NCBI GenBank assembly: GCA_963737155.1
Contig: CAVTRN010000002.1
Span: forward strand, 2,688,001-2,752,000
Direction of reading: 5' to 3'
From: Nitrospirota bacterium
GTDB lineage: Bacteria > Nitrospirota > UBA9217
Length of the DNA: 64,000 nucleotides
Numbering within the stretch: the first letter of the stretch is position 1; each line of letters starts with the position of its first letter. Both the position numbers and the translations under genes were made by a program. Shown here in pieces: positions 23,201 to 30,716 of the stretch. The notes under the pieces were generated by a model, which did no database searches, had not been told where the DNA came from, and was given only the letters and a program-made list of their open reading frames with translations.

Positions 23201-24639
23201 GTTATAGGGGTGGTGACATTCTCCCCCTGCAAGACACCGCCCTTCTGCGTATAGTCGTCCCGAAGTTCGATGCTGTTCAGTTGGATATCGACGACCGGCG
23301 CGGGAAGGGTAGCTACGACCCCGCTCACGTCGATGCTGCTGCCGGTTTCCAGATAGGCCTGTTGAGAGGCGCTGATTGTTACAACACCTGCCGGCGCAAC
23401 GATGCTGCCCTGCAGGTCGATCTGTGCAGCCGTATTCCGGCCGCTGTCCAAACCTCCTATGAAAACTTTGGGCTGGATGTCAAACGTGTCGTCGACAGTG
23501 GGGAGTTGACCAGTCGCCGGGTCCACTGCATCGTTGACGGGTAGATCAATGACGCTGTTTGGACCTGTGGTGATCTCGTTTGCGGCCCTCAGCTCCACCT
23601 GCCCCTGATTGTTCTGGAAGGCAGTCACGGAGCGGATGATTCCCCACTGGTCGACGTTGTTCCCGTACATGCCTACCATGCCTCCGTCGGCGAATAAATT
23701 GCCGTTATTCGCCGCCCGGCCGAAATTGACGTCATTGCTTACGAAACTGGGATTATTGCTCTGGGTTTCAGTTGAGAAGTCATCTTCGACGATTACATAA
23801 TAGCCGTTCCTCGTCGTGTCGCCTTGGGCCGGGGGCTGCAACAACACGTCTGTCCCGGCGGCAAGGCCAACCTGCCCGGCTGGAGCATTGATGGTACCGA
23901 AGTTTTCCACGCGGGGAGCAAAGAGAAAGGCAAATCCTCCGTTTGCAGCGTCTATCTCCCCAAAAGACGAGACTGCTGCTAGCACATTCGGGTTGCTCTG
24001 AGCCTGGTAGTTATCCAGTGTAAACTGAAGATCATTGTTTAGGAAATTCGCATCAATGAGGTCAAGAGCCGAGGCCACCAGGCCGTTCACGTTTACCCTG
24101 GAGCCAGGCCCGAAAAGGAATCCGTTCTGATTGATGAGATAGATATTGCCGTCCGCCTTTAGCTGCCCGTAAATTTGACTGGGATTGGCGTCCCAGATAC
24201 GGTTCAGGGCAGTCCAGCCCGCATTCCCCTGCTGATTGAAATAGACCGATGAGTTGCTGCCAATATTGAAAGTCTGCCAGTTGATGATCGCGTTCTGCTG
24301 ATTCTGATATACCGTGACCTGCCCACTGTTGGCATTGACGGTTGATGCGATACCCTGATTCCCTTTGCTGGTATCAAGACCCGAGTTGCTGCCTTGGATC
24401 GCAACCGGGACCTCATTGGTCGGGACAGCGGGAAGCGAAACCCCGTTATAGAAGCCTGGGATGCTGAGCACCACAGCCGGGGAAGCGGACGCAGTGGGCA
24501 CTACGGGGACTAAGATGCGCGCGGCAGCCGATCCCTGAAACCCAGGGATACTGACGGCCCCGGCCAACGCGTAATGGGGAAATAGGAGCAGCACACAGCA
24601 CAGCAACCGCAGCATCATATGAAAAAAGCTGGTTTTCAT
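14224..24639 (-). CDS. Filamentous haemagglutinin-like TpsA exoprotein (3471 aa) with DUF3739-like C-terminus
   Basis: Signal peptide; TPS domain AIINWQTFNIG..LNRI..SQIYGQLKADGNIYLINQNG; Gly/Asn/Ser-rich beta-helix repeats; C-terminal GGDITIWSDQGSINAGRG..GSGIR..APSGIIDAGEAGI. Confidence 0.92.
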   Translation of the reverse strand: MKTSFFHMMLRLLCCVLLLFPHYALAGAVSIPGFQGSAAARILVPVVPTASASPAVVLSIPGFYNGVSLPAVPTNEVPVAIQGSNSGLDTSKGNQGIASTVNANSGQVTVYQNQQNAIINWQTFNIGSNSSVYFNQQGNAGWTALNRIWDANPSQIYGQLKADGNIYLINQNGFLFGPGSRVNVNGLVASALDLIDANFLNNDLQFTLDNYQAQSNPNVLAAVSSFGEIDAANGGFAFLFAPRVENFGTINAPAGQVGLAAGTDVLLQPPAQGDTTRNGYYVIVEDDFSTETQSNNPSFVSNDVNFGRAANNGNLFADGGMVGMYGNNVDQWGIIRSVTAFQNNQGQVELRAANEITTGPNSVIDLPVNDAVDPATGQLPTVDDTFDIQPKVFIGGLDSGRNTAAQIDLQGSIVAPAGVVTISASQQAYLETGSSIDVSGVVATLPAPVVDIQLNSIELRDDYTQKGGVLQGENVTTPITSGSAIGDISQAILGREMTAQERLVGGAMTPNADGSYTAYTGSINISATNGDIIVKQGALLNFSGGAITYLGGMVNSTQMLSGTNIYDIGNAPADIQYNAILGNYVEAYNGYGIKQSFSGLYYGGASPLMTYVKGYTQGGDAGTVTLAASTVVLDGQLNGSATSGKYQNTWTMQGSFANAQDYDNALALSKAQGLEAPRAGTLNIGTESATATNNPAAISILSATDPQTDLTPGSILPAGQPTLLSAQIVNDANLGSLNLFANLIIDTASNASIMLQPGGSFSASARQLDFQGQITSHGGSISLTTVQNSTSEIGANGNQNSNYIPLTENIILESGSLLDASGEKIDNSNVGTSSTASLKYGQTTGGSISIMDETDNGTGVYIQTGAVVNVDGGYTIDQKGNVTGGNAGTLSIQGSNIQLDGNLHGYALANSSGDILGGSITLASKEIYVGSGASAPSGSFVLAGDRLDNTGFTQITLNSINDLVVESGTTIGPSLVRLNDPVSVGSSGVSPQGQGQAVYGTELPGNLILLNDSNAFMAGPSSFVAGAGVSFVGSSSIFSNNLINTANSTASLTISPGAVIQTTPEVSSVTRIANNTPVNAAAVNTQISLSGPSVAMDGTLSSPGGNISVQATKFDLVVGDSAGDNASILATGYNQPDPSSTPAGFKLNYQPVNGGNVALSAFGNLTLSASAWIDVSGSEVVQNTIKASDGTNVTYKDASSPGSVSLTYGNTGGNLNVQGAVTARNAGLAGLGGGSLTINMLDTSMGMSISNLELGYYLSEGFNNLTLRSPNSLIFSNSISNMTIGQKLTLDAPEITGAAGINVAINAPSIVLTNTTNSPAQLPSATTTGSQITLTSQWIDVIGSMNFVGFDDVVLQAARDITLSQALYNNNVVNGIVAPGQLATTGNLVLDAERIYPGTYYSLKSGSTVYPDMYSDYTVYADGQVTLQHTIQPEDTAANGPIYSAGGRLTIEGLGGIDVENGVTLAAPLGSITLTAPGQRIYLANGSVVTTAGTTAVNYGLIDSNGIWETEDNANPEGADSASSTQFSANSLPGESITLNANEVITKGGSVIDVSGGGSIFAYAFQPGVQGSVDPLTIPGSYIVFKDNSFAMPGTAVDLQGGGGLSAGMYTMLPLNANDPQNARYAFLPGAYILQAQSATSLPGPTSLSSGGYPLVVGYSAVADTAIQSSRPEVFSVRLAQDVLAQEGNYEMQSATLGNAGTISITGATTVLDGSLKATALSGYNGGTLSLAATNISVQSSAASLLPSNFGFNSTLEPSLRGTLTISADSISGQSFSEVDLGNSSTDSVTIMPGVALNAGAINLTAAQAVTLESGASLGVVQAATGKSGTNQIAITTPGQLTIASGASVYASQGITLDVNNVEDISGQLKSDSGNLTLQSSAIFFGLDGGKQSTDVGLYLTSTLWNQFATFNNITLVGNNDIQFRTNFTGSSALSAGNSLTLDSAQIIGANSNGTSVTLAAPIVNLTNSGTSSAAITPAPANPGTFTVNANQINIGSGDVLFGGFSAIGLNSMNDLTFMGQGSLTTGNANLSISAARVTTASTTMTVNNSYGTSATAVTAANFTIYTGANYYNDQNNPNPTGSITITNSGGTPGATSTPGGILNFEGSSIAQGGVIQVDGGSIMLSAAGPGQTNGVTLLSGSQLLARGTDDAPGGQVVLKSANGSVVVEGATVDASGATIEPASLIDVSAGSQGDAGLISLQAPLGGVLINGDLKGNSQGGAGGSLVVDTYQTSNLNSNMINTDMTQLMGTISAGGFTESVDIEALTGNINIAAGQTLQASTVKLTADDATAGQGQINVSGTIEGSEGGNVELYAMNDLTIQSGGIVKAVASTAGSTGGSVLLSSEQGWVNVNGSIDVSGGAGGTGGTIYLRAQRYVNSNNDNDVQINLGGTLQGASAVYAEAVQTYQYSQSSLVIDPLINTWLNEAVSFATDNASLERLQVGAPTGASFYILPGIEVVNSGGNITMTNPVNFSLLGFDNNPGVLTIRAAGNLNINGDLTDYPAYEASGSPITSITTAPTVRSSWAFNLAAGADTSSADPLAVNSRGNGDLNIANGVVVYTESAPIRFASAGDTIIGTAPANPGFMINGELGEAMSYNLASFNGSINGYVGRDLTIAGSIQTATGDIDISVGRDLDLLVGNDPSNDGAGAIRTTGQLTQAAASAALGTDPLDPVIIDPATNLPIQGVKQNGPQSTAYYWRYDGGGDINLSVGRNVGKFSNGQWTIAEDTLGDTSGPTGWDMFTTIGVILPSAPKNYNISYGVFSADYLDGTAGLATMGGGNLVVRSGGDFLAQAGTFSSGNLTIYSGGNVMGRFLNEDGQGEINAMGNFGAYDPSSKIDERVQIELFNSQMNVTAQGEIQIGAVLNPTLASDAVEAYRNSDFVQCTYTPDTSISLSAGTDVTIEGNSPFYNNHQISDNTDSPLYEQVLPATVNVTAGGDIFLFNNFVMTSSPTGNLSLNAGGSVLGYSSTSATTNVQSASILMSDIAPQNWYGLFDIYDYQVEQNGHWILTRDTNNHGLYDPSNGTWSFMEPLHEQDNQPVTIQAGADISNLNMAFPKEADITAGQDIQDITYVGQNINETDVSTIRAGGDITMQYAKASTTGNSTIVDQPPHEGLIQGGPGVFMVQAGGSIDLGSLPDGIQAVGNGNNFELGTEACALVILSGYGFNTSAADIQTFFNNIRTAGDTYAELLAEGNLSEAAQLLQTTRQDTIDPLLGTPTGAGDINMTSSQISTSIGQSDIYVIANGSINLGLTALPTPGTVSNTTGITTGGGGAINIFSSQDVNVNESRVMTFYGGDITIWSDQGSINAGRGASTSVSAVPPKKEKTAQGLYITVFTPPAIGSGIRAVTYGENPPPPGNIHLFAPSGIIDAGEAGISGGQITLAALHVSNVANISFSAGSIGVPQTSEGASLGTLAGSSITQSNQATADASGLSAENVQAAQMVENIIAKWLEVDVIDFVVDDNNNQNSY

Positions 24640-24658
24640 GAGCCCTCCCTATCCATTG

Positions 24659-26242
24659 TCAAAACACGGCCCTCAGTTTAAAATAGAACCTCAGGTCTCT
24701 GCTCCTTGTCTGGTCCGTCGCGTCCATGGCCTTGGCTTCGTCAAACTCGTATTCCAGGTTCCTCGCCATCGTGCCGCGTATTCCCAACCCCGTCCCTTCA
24801 AGCTTGATAGCGCTCTCCGTTCCGGGGAGCGGATCCAGAACAGTCAACTCGGCCATGTCGTAGAAGAGAAAGGGGGTCACCTGAAGTCCCCCGGAGTGTT
24901 CGAGAGGGTTTGGGAAAGATATTTCCACTGTCGTATGCATGGCTTCATCGCCCGAAGCCTCACTTTCCTTGTATCCTCGCACGCTTTCCATGCCTCCCGC
25001 GATATACTGCTCATTACTGATGAGCGGTTGCTGGGATGCCTGCCCATCCACTTTCACGAAGAGGTTCATCCCGTGGGGCAGCTTTTGGGTGCGCTGTATG
25101 GCCGCTGTCGTGTAGGCATAGTCCGCCGTCCCTTTGTAACGTTTGAGCTCAAACTCGCTCTCCTGTGCCACCAAGCCGCGGAAGGATATGTTCTCTCCAA
25201 GGTTAAACACGGTCATCCCTCCCCATTCATCCGACAGGGAAGCGCTATACGTGAATGAAAATGGCAAATAAGAGATGGGTGTATGCGTTGTCTGGCCACT
25301 TACCGTTGTGTAACCTACGGCTTGATCAAATTGCTTGTAATCTATGCCAAAGGTAAAATTATGCGTATAAAGATGGTACTCCGGCAGCAGTGTCACGTAG
25401 CGGGTCCCGAATATCTTCCCCTTACCTATGACCGTGAATCCCTCGCCGAATGCCGTAGCGCTGTCCGACCAGATGCCGTAAAGGGCCCACTGGTCGTTCT
25501 TCTCCCACGGAGCGGGAAGAACGTAAGAAACATTCACTACCTCCACCTGGCTTGTGTCTTGGGGCGACGTCTGGTACTGAAAAGTCAGGGAATGCTCCTT
25601 TTGCCAGAGATTGTCGTAGTGAATCACTGCGTTCAGACGTAATGGAGTCGTGTCATAGGTGTTCCTGTTATTCAGTTCCAGATACCCATGCAGGGGAAGC
25701 TGGTCTTGCACCTTGAGCTCCACATCGATGGTCCCCATTTCCCTGGCTGGCGACATCACAGGCTCGACCTTGAAGTCCTGACTCCTGTTCAACTGGCTGA
25801 TCTCCTTCTGGACCTGGGGCAAATAGAGGATCATGCCAGGCGTTAGGGACGGCAGGTCTCTCAGCACTTTTTCCATTGTGAAATACCGGTTGCCAGTGAT
25901 CCTCACCCTGCCGATCCGGCTCTCTATCACCTGAAGTTTGACGATACCGTCCTCCAAAGTCTGTGCAGGTATGTTCACGATCACGGCCGGATACCCGGCC
26001 TCGTGGTATTTTTTTTCCAGCGAGTCCCGGGCCTTTTCCACGTCTTTCACCGTTCTATCAGGGCCGGTGAAAAGGATTACGGCGGCACGCACCTGATCAT
26101 CGGTAAACAGGCTGTTGCCGGTTACCTCAAAGGCCTTGATCTCGAAGCCTGGTTTTTTGGTTTCCTGGGCAGAACAAAGCCCGGCCATGAACACCGCAAA
26201 CAGGACCGTCAGTAAGAAGAGCCGCCAACACCTCGTGTTCAC
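24659..26242 (-). CDS. ShlB/FhaC/HecB-family TpsB transporter
   Basis: POTRA FEVTGNS..YHEAGY..VNIPAQ; conserved GGMESVRGY; terminal Phe; directly upstream of the TpsA. Confidence 0.93.
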   Translation of the reverse strand: MNTRCWRLFLLTVLFAVFMAGLCSAQETKKPGFEIKAFEVTGNSLFTDDQVRAAVILFTGPDRTVKDVEKARDSLEKKYHEAGYPAVIVNIPAQTLEDGIVKLQVIESRIGRVRITGNRYFTMEKVLRDLPSLTPGMILYLPQVQKEISQLNRSQDFKVEPVMSPAREMGTIDVELKVQDQLPLHGYLELNNRNTYDTTPLRLNAVIHYDNLWQKEHSLTFQYQTSPQDTSQVEVVNVSYVLPAPWEKNDQWALYGIWSDSATAFGEGFTVIGKGKIFGTRYVTLLPEYHLYTHNFTFGIDYKQFDQAVGYTTVSGQTTHTPISYLPFSFTYSASLSDEWGGMTVFNLGENISFRGLVAQESEFELKRYKGTADYAYTTAAIQRTQKLPHGMNLFVKVDGQASQQPLISNEQYIAGGMESVRGYKESEASGDEAMHTTVEISFPNPLEHSGGLQVTPFLFYDMAELTVLDPLPGTESAIKLEGTGLGIRGTMARNLEYEFDEAKAMDATDQTRSRDLRFYFKLRAVF

Positions 26243-26248
26243 CTGCCG

Positions 26249-27154
26249 CTACTCTCCGCTCTGGACGAGCTTTGCGTCTTTGATCTTTTCCACGGTTACA
26301 CCACAGAACAGCGTTTCTCCGCCAAACTGGTTTCCAAAGTCAATAGTAATGACTTTGTCGTCAACATCCGAGATACGACCAACCATGACACCTGCCCGGA
26401 CAATCGCTCCTTTGTGCGCATCTATGTCCATCTTATAGTCTTGGCCCTCTTCTCTGATGCGTCCAGGGCCAAAGGGGGTATTGATAATGGCCCCGGGCGT
26501 AGCAAACAACCTTATCGTAACTTCCTTGTCTGAAACGGCCTCCACCTTGCCTGGGAAATCGGGATCGTAGGTATATTCCTGTCCCACCTCAGGGGACCGT
26601 TGAGCCAAGTGTTCGTAATCAGCCTTCGGCATTTTCATTTCCTTGGGTCGCGTACGGATCCGGGTCAGGCGTGCGATATATTGCGGGGCTAGCTCCGACG
26701 GCACGTCTTCTGCCTTGATCTCCGCCGTGCCGGTATCGCCTACCTTCATGCCAACGATCGCCTGTGCCAGCTGATGCGATATTTCCTCTTCAAGGGATCG
26801 TTGCTCGTAGGGCCGCTGTTGCTGTACGGCATCGGCGGCGCTCAGTGCCACAAGCGATAGCGGACCTGTCTCCTGACGCTGCCTATACAGATTCGACTTC
26901 CGTTGGCTTTCCTCCACGCTGTCCGTTGCAGCCACGACTTCGCCTGACTGGAGCCGGCACAGAAAATGAACAGAAGCTGTATCTCCAGGTTGCACATGCC
27001 TCTCCTGTGCGACAGCAGTCGCGCGATCGGACTGCAGGGTCTGATGCGTTCCTTGGGTAGCACACCCTGCGAGTGTCAGCAGGCAAACGAATATCTGAGG
27101 CAGCCGCTGGAGTACCGTCTGCGTTTCTTTCTGGCTACACTTCATGTCGTACAT
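26249..27154 (-). CDS. FKBP-type (SlyD-like) PPIase lipoprotein
   Basis: Lipobox LAGC; VQPGDTASVHF, AIVGMKVGDT, TIDFGNQFGGETLFCGVTV resemble the SlyD/FKBP termini with a large insert. Confidence 0.7.
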   Translation of the reverse strand: MYDMKCSQKETQTVLQRLPQIFVCLLTLAGCATQGTHQTLQSDRATAVAQERHVQPGDTASVHFLCRLQSGEVVAATDSVEESQRKSNLYRQRQETGPLSLVALSAADAVQQQRPYEQRSLEEEISHQLAQAIVGMKVGDTGTAEIKAEDVPSELAPQYIARLTRIRTRPKEMKMPKADYEHLAQRSPEVGQEYTYDPDFPGKVEAVSDKEVTIRLFATPGAIINTPFGPGRIREEGQDYKMDIDAHKGAIVRAGVMVGRISDVDDKVITIDFGNQFGGETLFCGVTVEKIKDAKLVQSGE

Positions 27155-27335
27155 CCCTTTCCCCGCTGACCTGCTTCATGGCGGCATTCACTGGATTAAT
27201 GTTCGCGGCATCAAACTCTTCCGATTTTTCGATTCGACCGATACTTCCCTGACTGATATTGATCCTGATGTAACCGCTGAACTCTCCTTCTATAAGAGTT
27301 TTGATCGTTTCGCTGAGTCTTTTCATCTTGTCCAT
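27135..27335 (-). CDS. Small protein, DUF2292/YezD-like
   Basis: GAGGTG RBS before ATG 27335; FSGYIRINISQGSIGRIEKSE pattern; overlaps the next gene start. Confidence 0.55.
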   Translation of the reverse strand: MDKMKRLSETIKTLIEGEFSGYIRINISQGSIGRIEKSEEFDAANINPVNAAMKQVSGERDVRHEV

Positions 27336-27409
27336 AGGCACCTCGCGGCAGCGGAAAAAGAGCTGCATTGTCCTTATTCTGGATAAGGCTTACAGTTTTA
27401 ATCGGTTAA

Positions 27410-27560
27410 GAGTGAATTACCCCGCAGCAAGCTGCGGGGCATCGGAACTTGAAACCTTAAAAAAGCACAACAAAGAAGCTGAAGACTTATCCTGGCTTCG
27501 CCAGGATGTCCTTTTCATCCCAGCAGCAAGCTGCTGGGTATTTCAGGACTGTTTTATAAA
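27410..27560 (+). mobile_element. 151-bp palindromic element (IS200/IS605-derived MITE/PATE-like), copy 2
   Basis: GAGTGAATTACCCCGCAGCAAGCTGCGGGGCATC...TTCATCCCAGCAGCAAGCTGCTGGGTATTTCAGGACTGTTTTATAAA; inverted near-identical copy of 5477..5627. Confidence 0.75.
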
Positions 27561-27814
27561 TTTCTACCCAAGAGGGGGGAGGAATTTACCAAGAAAAAAA
27601 CGCAGCGTTCGAAATTAGAAGCCAAGTTCCGATCTTATCTTCTTGAACTTCTGCGGAATCTACTTCGAGCCCTTCTCTGATAATAGGTTTTAATTTTTTT
27701 TACGGCTAGTCCTGGTCGGGAAGCGCAAAAGAGGAATAGAGAATTGCGGGCTTCCCGGTCGTTGATGCGAGTCATGCATCAATTCAGCAAAGTACCCATC
27801 GCTAACGATGGCCG

Positions 27815-27870
27815 ATCTTAGCAATGTTATGTTAAAGCAGTATTACAATTGGATAAAATTTTAGTGACAA
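27815..27870 (-). promoter_or_regulatory. Pho-box-like array + -10 for the TPS/TonB operon
   Basis: Minus strand TTGTCAC-taaa-ATTTTAT-ccaa-TTGTAAT-actg-CTTTAAC (11-bp period), then 10 bp, then TAAGAT. Confidence 0.7.
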
Positions 27871-27992
27871 TGACCTCGATGAAAGAGATAAAATCTGATT
27901 GAAAAACCGACGGTTGTCTCGTGACGATCAAAATATTTTTTTTCTCATTCGAGGACATAAGCCGTACTTCCGCGGTTAGGCCCCTACCAGTA

Positions 27993-28026
27993 GCAAAAGA
28001 ATGCGGGGCTCTTAACAGAGCCCCGC
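27993..28026 (-). terminator. Intrinsic terminator after the PstS-like gene
   Basis: Perfect 10-bp stem GCGGGGCTCT/AGAGCCCCGC followed on the minus strand by ATTCTTTT. Confidence 0.7.
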
Positions 28027-28071
28027 GAAAGTTACAACCAGCTGCGGTGTTTTACAAGCTGTAGGTGGGAA

Positions 28072-29367
28072 TTAGTTGCAGTTGCTGTTCTGATAATTGG
28101 TATTAATTGACCAGCCACTGAAGTTCGATTGCTTGACATACTGCATATGGCACTGAGCTGCCCAGTATATATTGTTTGCTTCCACTGTACTGGGCTGGTC
28201 TGAGTATGTGCAAATGTCTAAATACAAGGGATTCGTGGAATTGGCTAACGACACATACACGTTCTCAATCGTCATGAAAGGATTGGTCCATGTTTGAGTC
28301 AACGGCGTGTACGGAATTTGGTTGTCAAGGCTGAGGCGGGTCGTGTTGCCATAATTGGCAAGGTTCTGGTCCACATCGGCAAAACCGACTGCGCCCGTAC
28401 CTGACCAAGTGCCGCTGCCGTTGACGCAGTTCATCATATCAGCTGATCCGTCGTTGAACCAAGCATGATAACCGGTTCCACCCGAAATCTGGGTAGTAAG
28501 CAATGTCTGGGGCTCCATGAAAGCAGCCAAGGTTGCGAGGGTACCTGAACCTGCAGCGCGGAAACAGGCATTAATAGGCATGGCGGGCATGCTAAGCACT
28601 GTTGTTCCAGTTCCGCCAGATACAATCCCTTGCAGATCAGACCAGTCCTTGACAGCACCAGAGAAGATCATCTTCGCGCTTGCTGTGCTGAGGTTGTTGA
28701 GCACTGTCCCAGCCGACGTGAGTACGGAGTTGTTTACGTAGAACGAGAAGGGGATCGCGAGCGGACGGCAGAGGTCGACTACGTTTGAGCTGACCGTAAC
28801 CGGGTCAAGAAGAAAATTGTGAACTTCAGATGCTCCGCCAAGAGGTCCGTTCAATGTGCCGGTGGTATGCTGTGTGAAGTCTTGCAATAAAACGTCAGAA
28901 GCGCCGATAGTTACGGGCACACACAGCGCTGCAGAGGTGCATACGCCGCCGGAGCAAGAGCTGGGATCGGCCATAGGACGATCGTAAGGACTCGAACAGC
29001 TCGTGTTAGAAGCAAAGGGGTTGGTCGTGTTGCCGTCGATCGCGAGCGGGCCATCATAGGAAGCCTTGGAGGAAACGCGGAAGTTGACCGTGGTTCCGCC
29101 ACAGTTTGCCTGCTGGACGAAGTTCTTATTGTCCGTGGTTGTACCTGAAACGCCATTGGTGCAGCCCGCTGCTTGGAGGTAGTTCGGGGCTTCGCGCTTC
29201 CAGTATGTAAACTGGGCTGAAGATCCCCAGACATTTATGTCCGCTGTGGGCATGGTCGGCGAGCTGGTTCCCGTTTGGTATATTGTTGTTCCTGCCGATG
29301 CTGCTCCCACGAATGCCAGGAGGGAGACGCCGGCTATAGCTGAGGCGAAGATATTCTTGATCTTCAT
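28072..29367 (-). CDS. Secreted Cys-rich PstS/DING-like (phosphate-binding-protein fold) protein
   Basis: Signal peptide ..AASA; motifs GSSA, IGASD, FRAAGSGT, GAVGFAD parallel PstS GASD/HRSDGSGT/IGYVE; 12 Cys. Confidence 0.65.
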   Translation of the reverse strand: MKIKNIFASAIAGVSLLAFVGAASAGTTIYQTGTSSPTMPTADINVWGSSAQFTYWKREAPNYLQAAGCTNGVSGTTTDNKNFVQQANCGGTTVNFRVSSKASYDGPLAIDGNTTNPFASNTSCSSPYDRPMADPSSCSGGVCTSAALCVPVTIGASDVLLQDFTQHTTGTLNGPLGGASEVHNFLLDPVTVSSNVVDLCRPLAIPFSFYVNNSVLTSAGTVLNNLSTASAKMIFSGAVKDWSDLQGIVSGGTGTTVLSMPAMPINACFRAAGSGTLATLAAFMEPQTLLTTQISGGTGYHAWFNDGSADMMNCVNGSGTWSGTGAVGFADVDQNLANYGNTTRLSLDNQIPYTPLTQTWTNPFMTIENVYVSLANSTNPLYLDICTYSDQPSTVEANNIYWAAQCHMQYVKQSNFSGWSINTNYQNSNCN

Positions 29368-29448
29368 GTAATTATTCTCCTTGTGATGTAGGGCTCCTTA
29401 AGGAGCCTCAAATGTGAAAGGTTAAAGCACTGAATCGGTATCAGACCA

Positions 29449-30240
29449 TTAGGCAACCATTTTCCTGCGCAGGCCGATAAGACCAAGCAGACCGGAGCCG
29501 AAGAGGTAAACAGCAGCCGGAATTGGCGTGGGGGACGGCGTGCCTGCCAAGACTGTTACGAGTTGACCACTGGAGTTGACCAAGGTTTCGAGCGAGGCGA
29601 CAGCCGTGCCCTTGATGTCTGTAGTACTGCCATCCGGAGTGGCACCGTAGTAATAGAGCATCTGGTTCACATAGCCGGTGGTTGAAAGCGCAGCAAGATT
29701 CATTTCAGCAGTGTTACCGGGAACAGTCTGGTCCAGATAAGTGCCCATCGTGCCGACTGCGTACCCGGCTCCATTCATGTTTGTCCAATAGGAACTCGCG
29801 TTGCTCTGCAGCGATGACGCATTGTTGCCAACGGCAATCGAATTGTAATACGGCAGCACCGTTGACGCGTTGAGTTGGAATCCTGACCAGAATTGACCGG
29901 GAGCGGCAGTAGCGCCGGTTGTTGGACCGCTGGTCCAAGCAGCGCCATTCCCGCTATTAAGGGTCGAGGACATGATGAAGTAGCCAACATTCGCATTGCT
30001 CCAGCTGGTAGCCCCTGCTTGGCTTAAGCTGACGGTGTCCGTGGTGTCGTTCAGGTACGCGCCGCTGCCTGGGGCGGTCAGGCTTGAAAAATTACCCAAG
30101 TCGGTGGCATACTCCGTGCCGGAACCGGTTCCGCTGTATACTACGCGGATCAAATCTCCTTCGCTAAAAGCGGCCATGGCTTTTCCGCTCACACCGAGCA
30201 TGAGCAGGGCAACCATCATGAGCATCATGATCTTTTTCAT
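29449..30240 (-). CDS. VPLPA-CTERM (PEP-CTERM class) surface protein
   Basis: Signal peptide ..KAMA; C-terminal PTPIPAAVYLFGSGLLGLIGLRRK sorting signal; low-charge Ser/Thr/Gly/Asn-rich body. Confidence 0.9.
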   Translation of the reverse strand: MKKIMMLMMVALLMLGVSGKAMAAFSEGDLIRVVYSGTGSGTEYATDLGNFSSLTAPGSGAYLNDTTDTVSLSQAGATSWSNANVGYFIMSSTLNSGNGAAWTSGPTTGATAAPGQFWSGFQLNASTVLPYYNSIAVGNNASSLQSNASSYWTNMNGAGYAVGTMGTYLDQTVPGNTAEMNLAALSTTGYVNQMLYYYGATPDGSTTDIKGTAVASLETLVNSSGQLVTVLAGTPSPTPIPAAVYLFGSGLLGLIGLRRKMVA

Positions 30241-30391
30241 TGTTTTCTTCTCCTGAGTTTTGAAATGGGTTAATTGTTTCTACTGCCGAACGGCCTTTTT
30301 CGCTGCGTACGACTCCTTCGTGGTTTATCGCCCTCTTCGCTATGCGACCGGAGTTCAATGCGCTTATGTGTGGTCCGCTGGTCAGTATCTT

Positions 30392-30478
30392 CCCCTCAGG
30401 CAACCCGGCCATCCACCACTGTGGGATCCGTGGGCTTTCCGTCATCCGGTTACCCGGATTTTGGCTTTATACTGAAGG
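30392..30478 (-). ncRNA. Cyclic di-GMP-I (GEMM-I) riboswitch
   Basis: Minus strand CCTTCAG-TATAAAG-CCAAA-ATCCGG-GTAA-CCGGAT-GACGGAAAG-CCCACGGATCC...GGATGGCCGGGTTGC-CTGAGGG: P1, GNRA-capped P2, GACG(G)AAAG junction, P3; about 150 nt upstream of the CTERM gene. Confidence 0.85.
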
Positions 30479-30669
30479 TCGGATGCGGGCTTTGCGCCGA
30501 CATCCTACCTGTTTTTACGCCAAAGCATTACAGTCGTTCTTGCCCTCCTTTCTTATTGGAATATTGAACCCACCGGTTTATGCAAAAAAACTCTCACTGA
30601 AGTTCGGCAGGCTCGCGATCCGGGCTTCCTGTTCCCTTTCCCAGGTCAGCCAAGTACCCAAATCGAAAT

Positions 30670-30716
30670 AAAAAAAGCCCGATACGAGATGGAAGCATCC
30701 TCTCGAATCGGGCTTT
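30670..30716 (-). terminator. Leader terminator/attenuator hairpin upstream of the riboswitch
   Basis: AAAGCCCGATTCGAGAGGATGCTTCCATCTCGTATCGGGC followed by TTTTTTT. Confidence 0.7.

Noticed and set aside
27301-27618. 105-aa ORF containing VNYPAASCGAS
   Set aside because: Spurious read-through of the palindromic mini-element.
30477-30510. GGCGCAAAGCCC as a second, tandem GEMM aptamer
   Set aside because: Forms only a simple hairpin; lacks the GNRA-capped P2 and the 3' P3/P1 elements.
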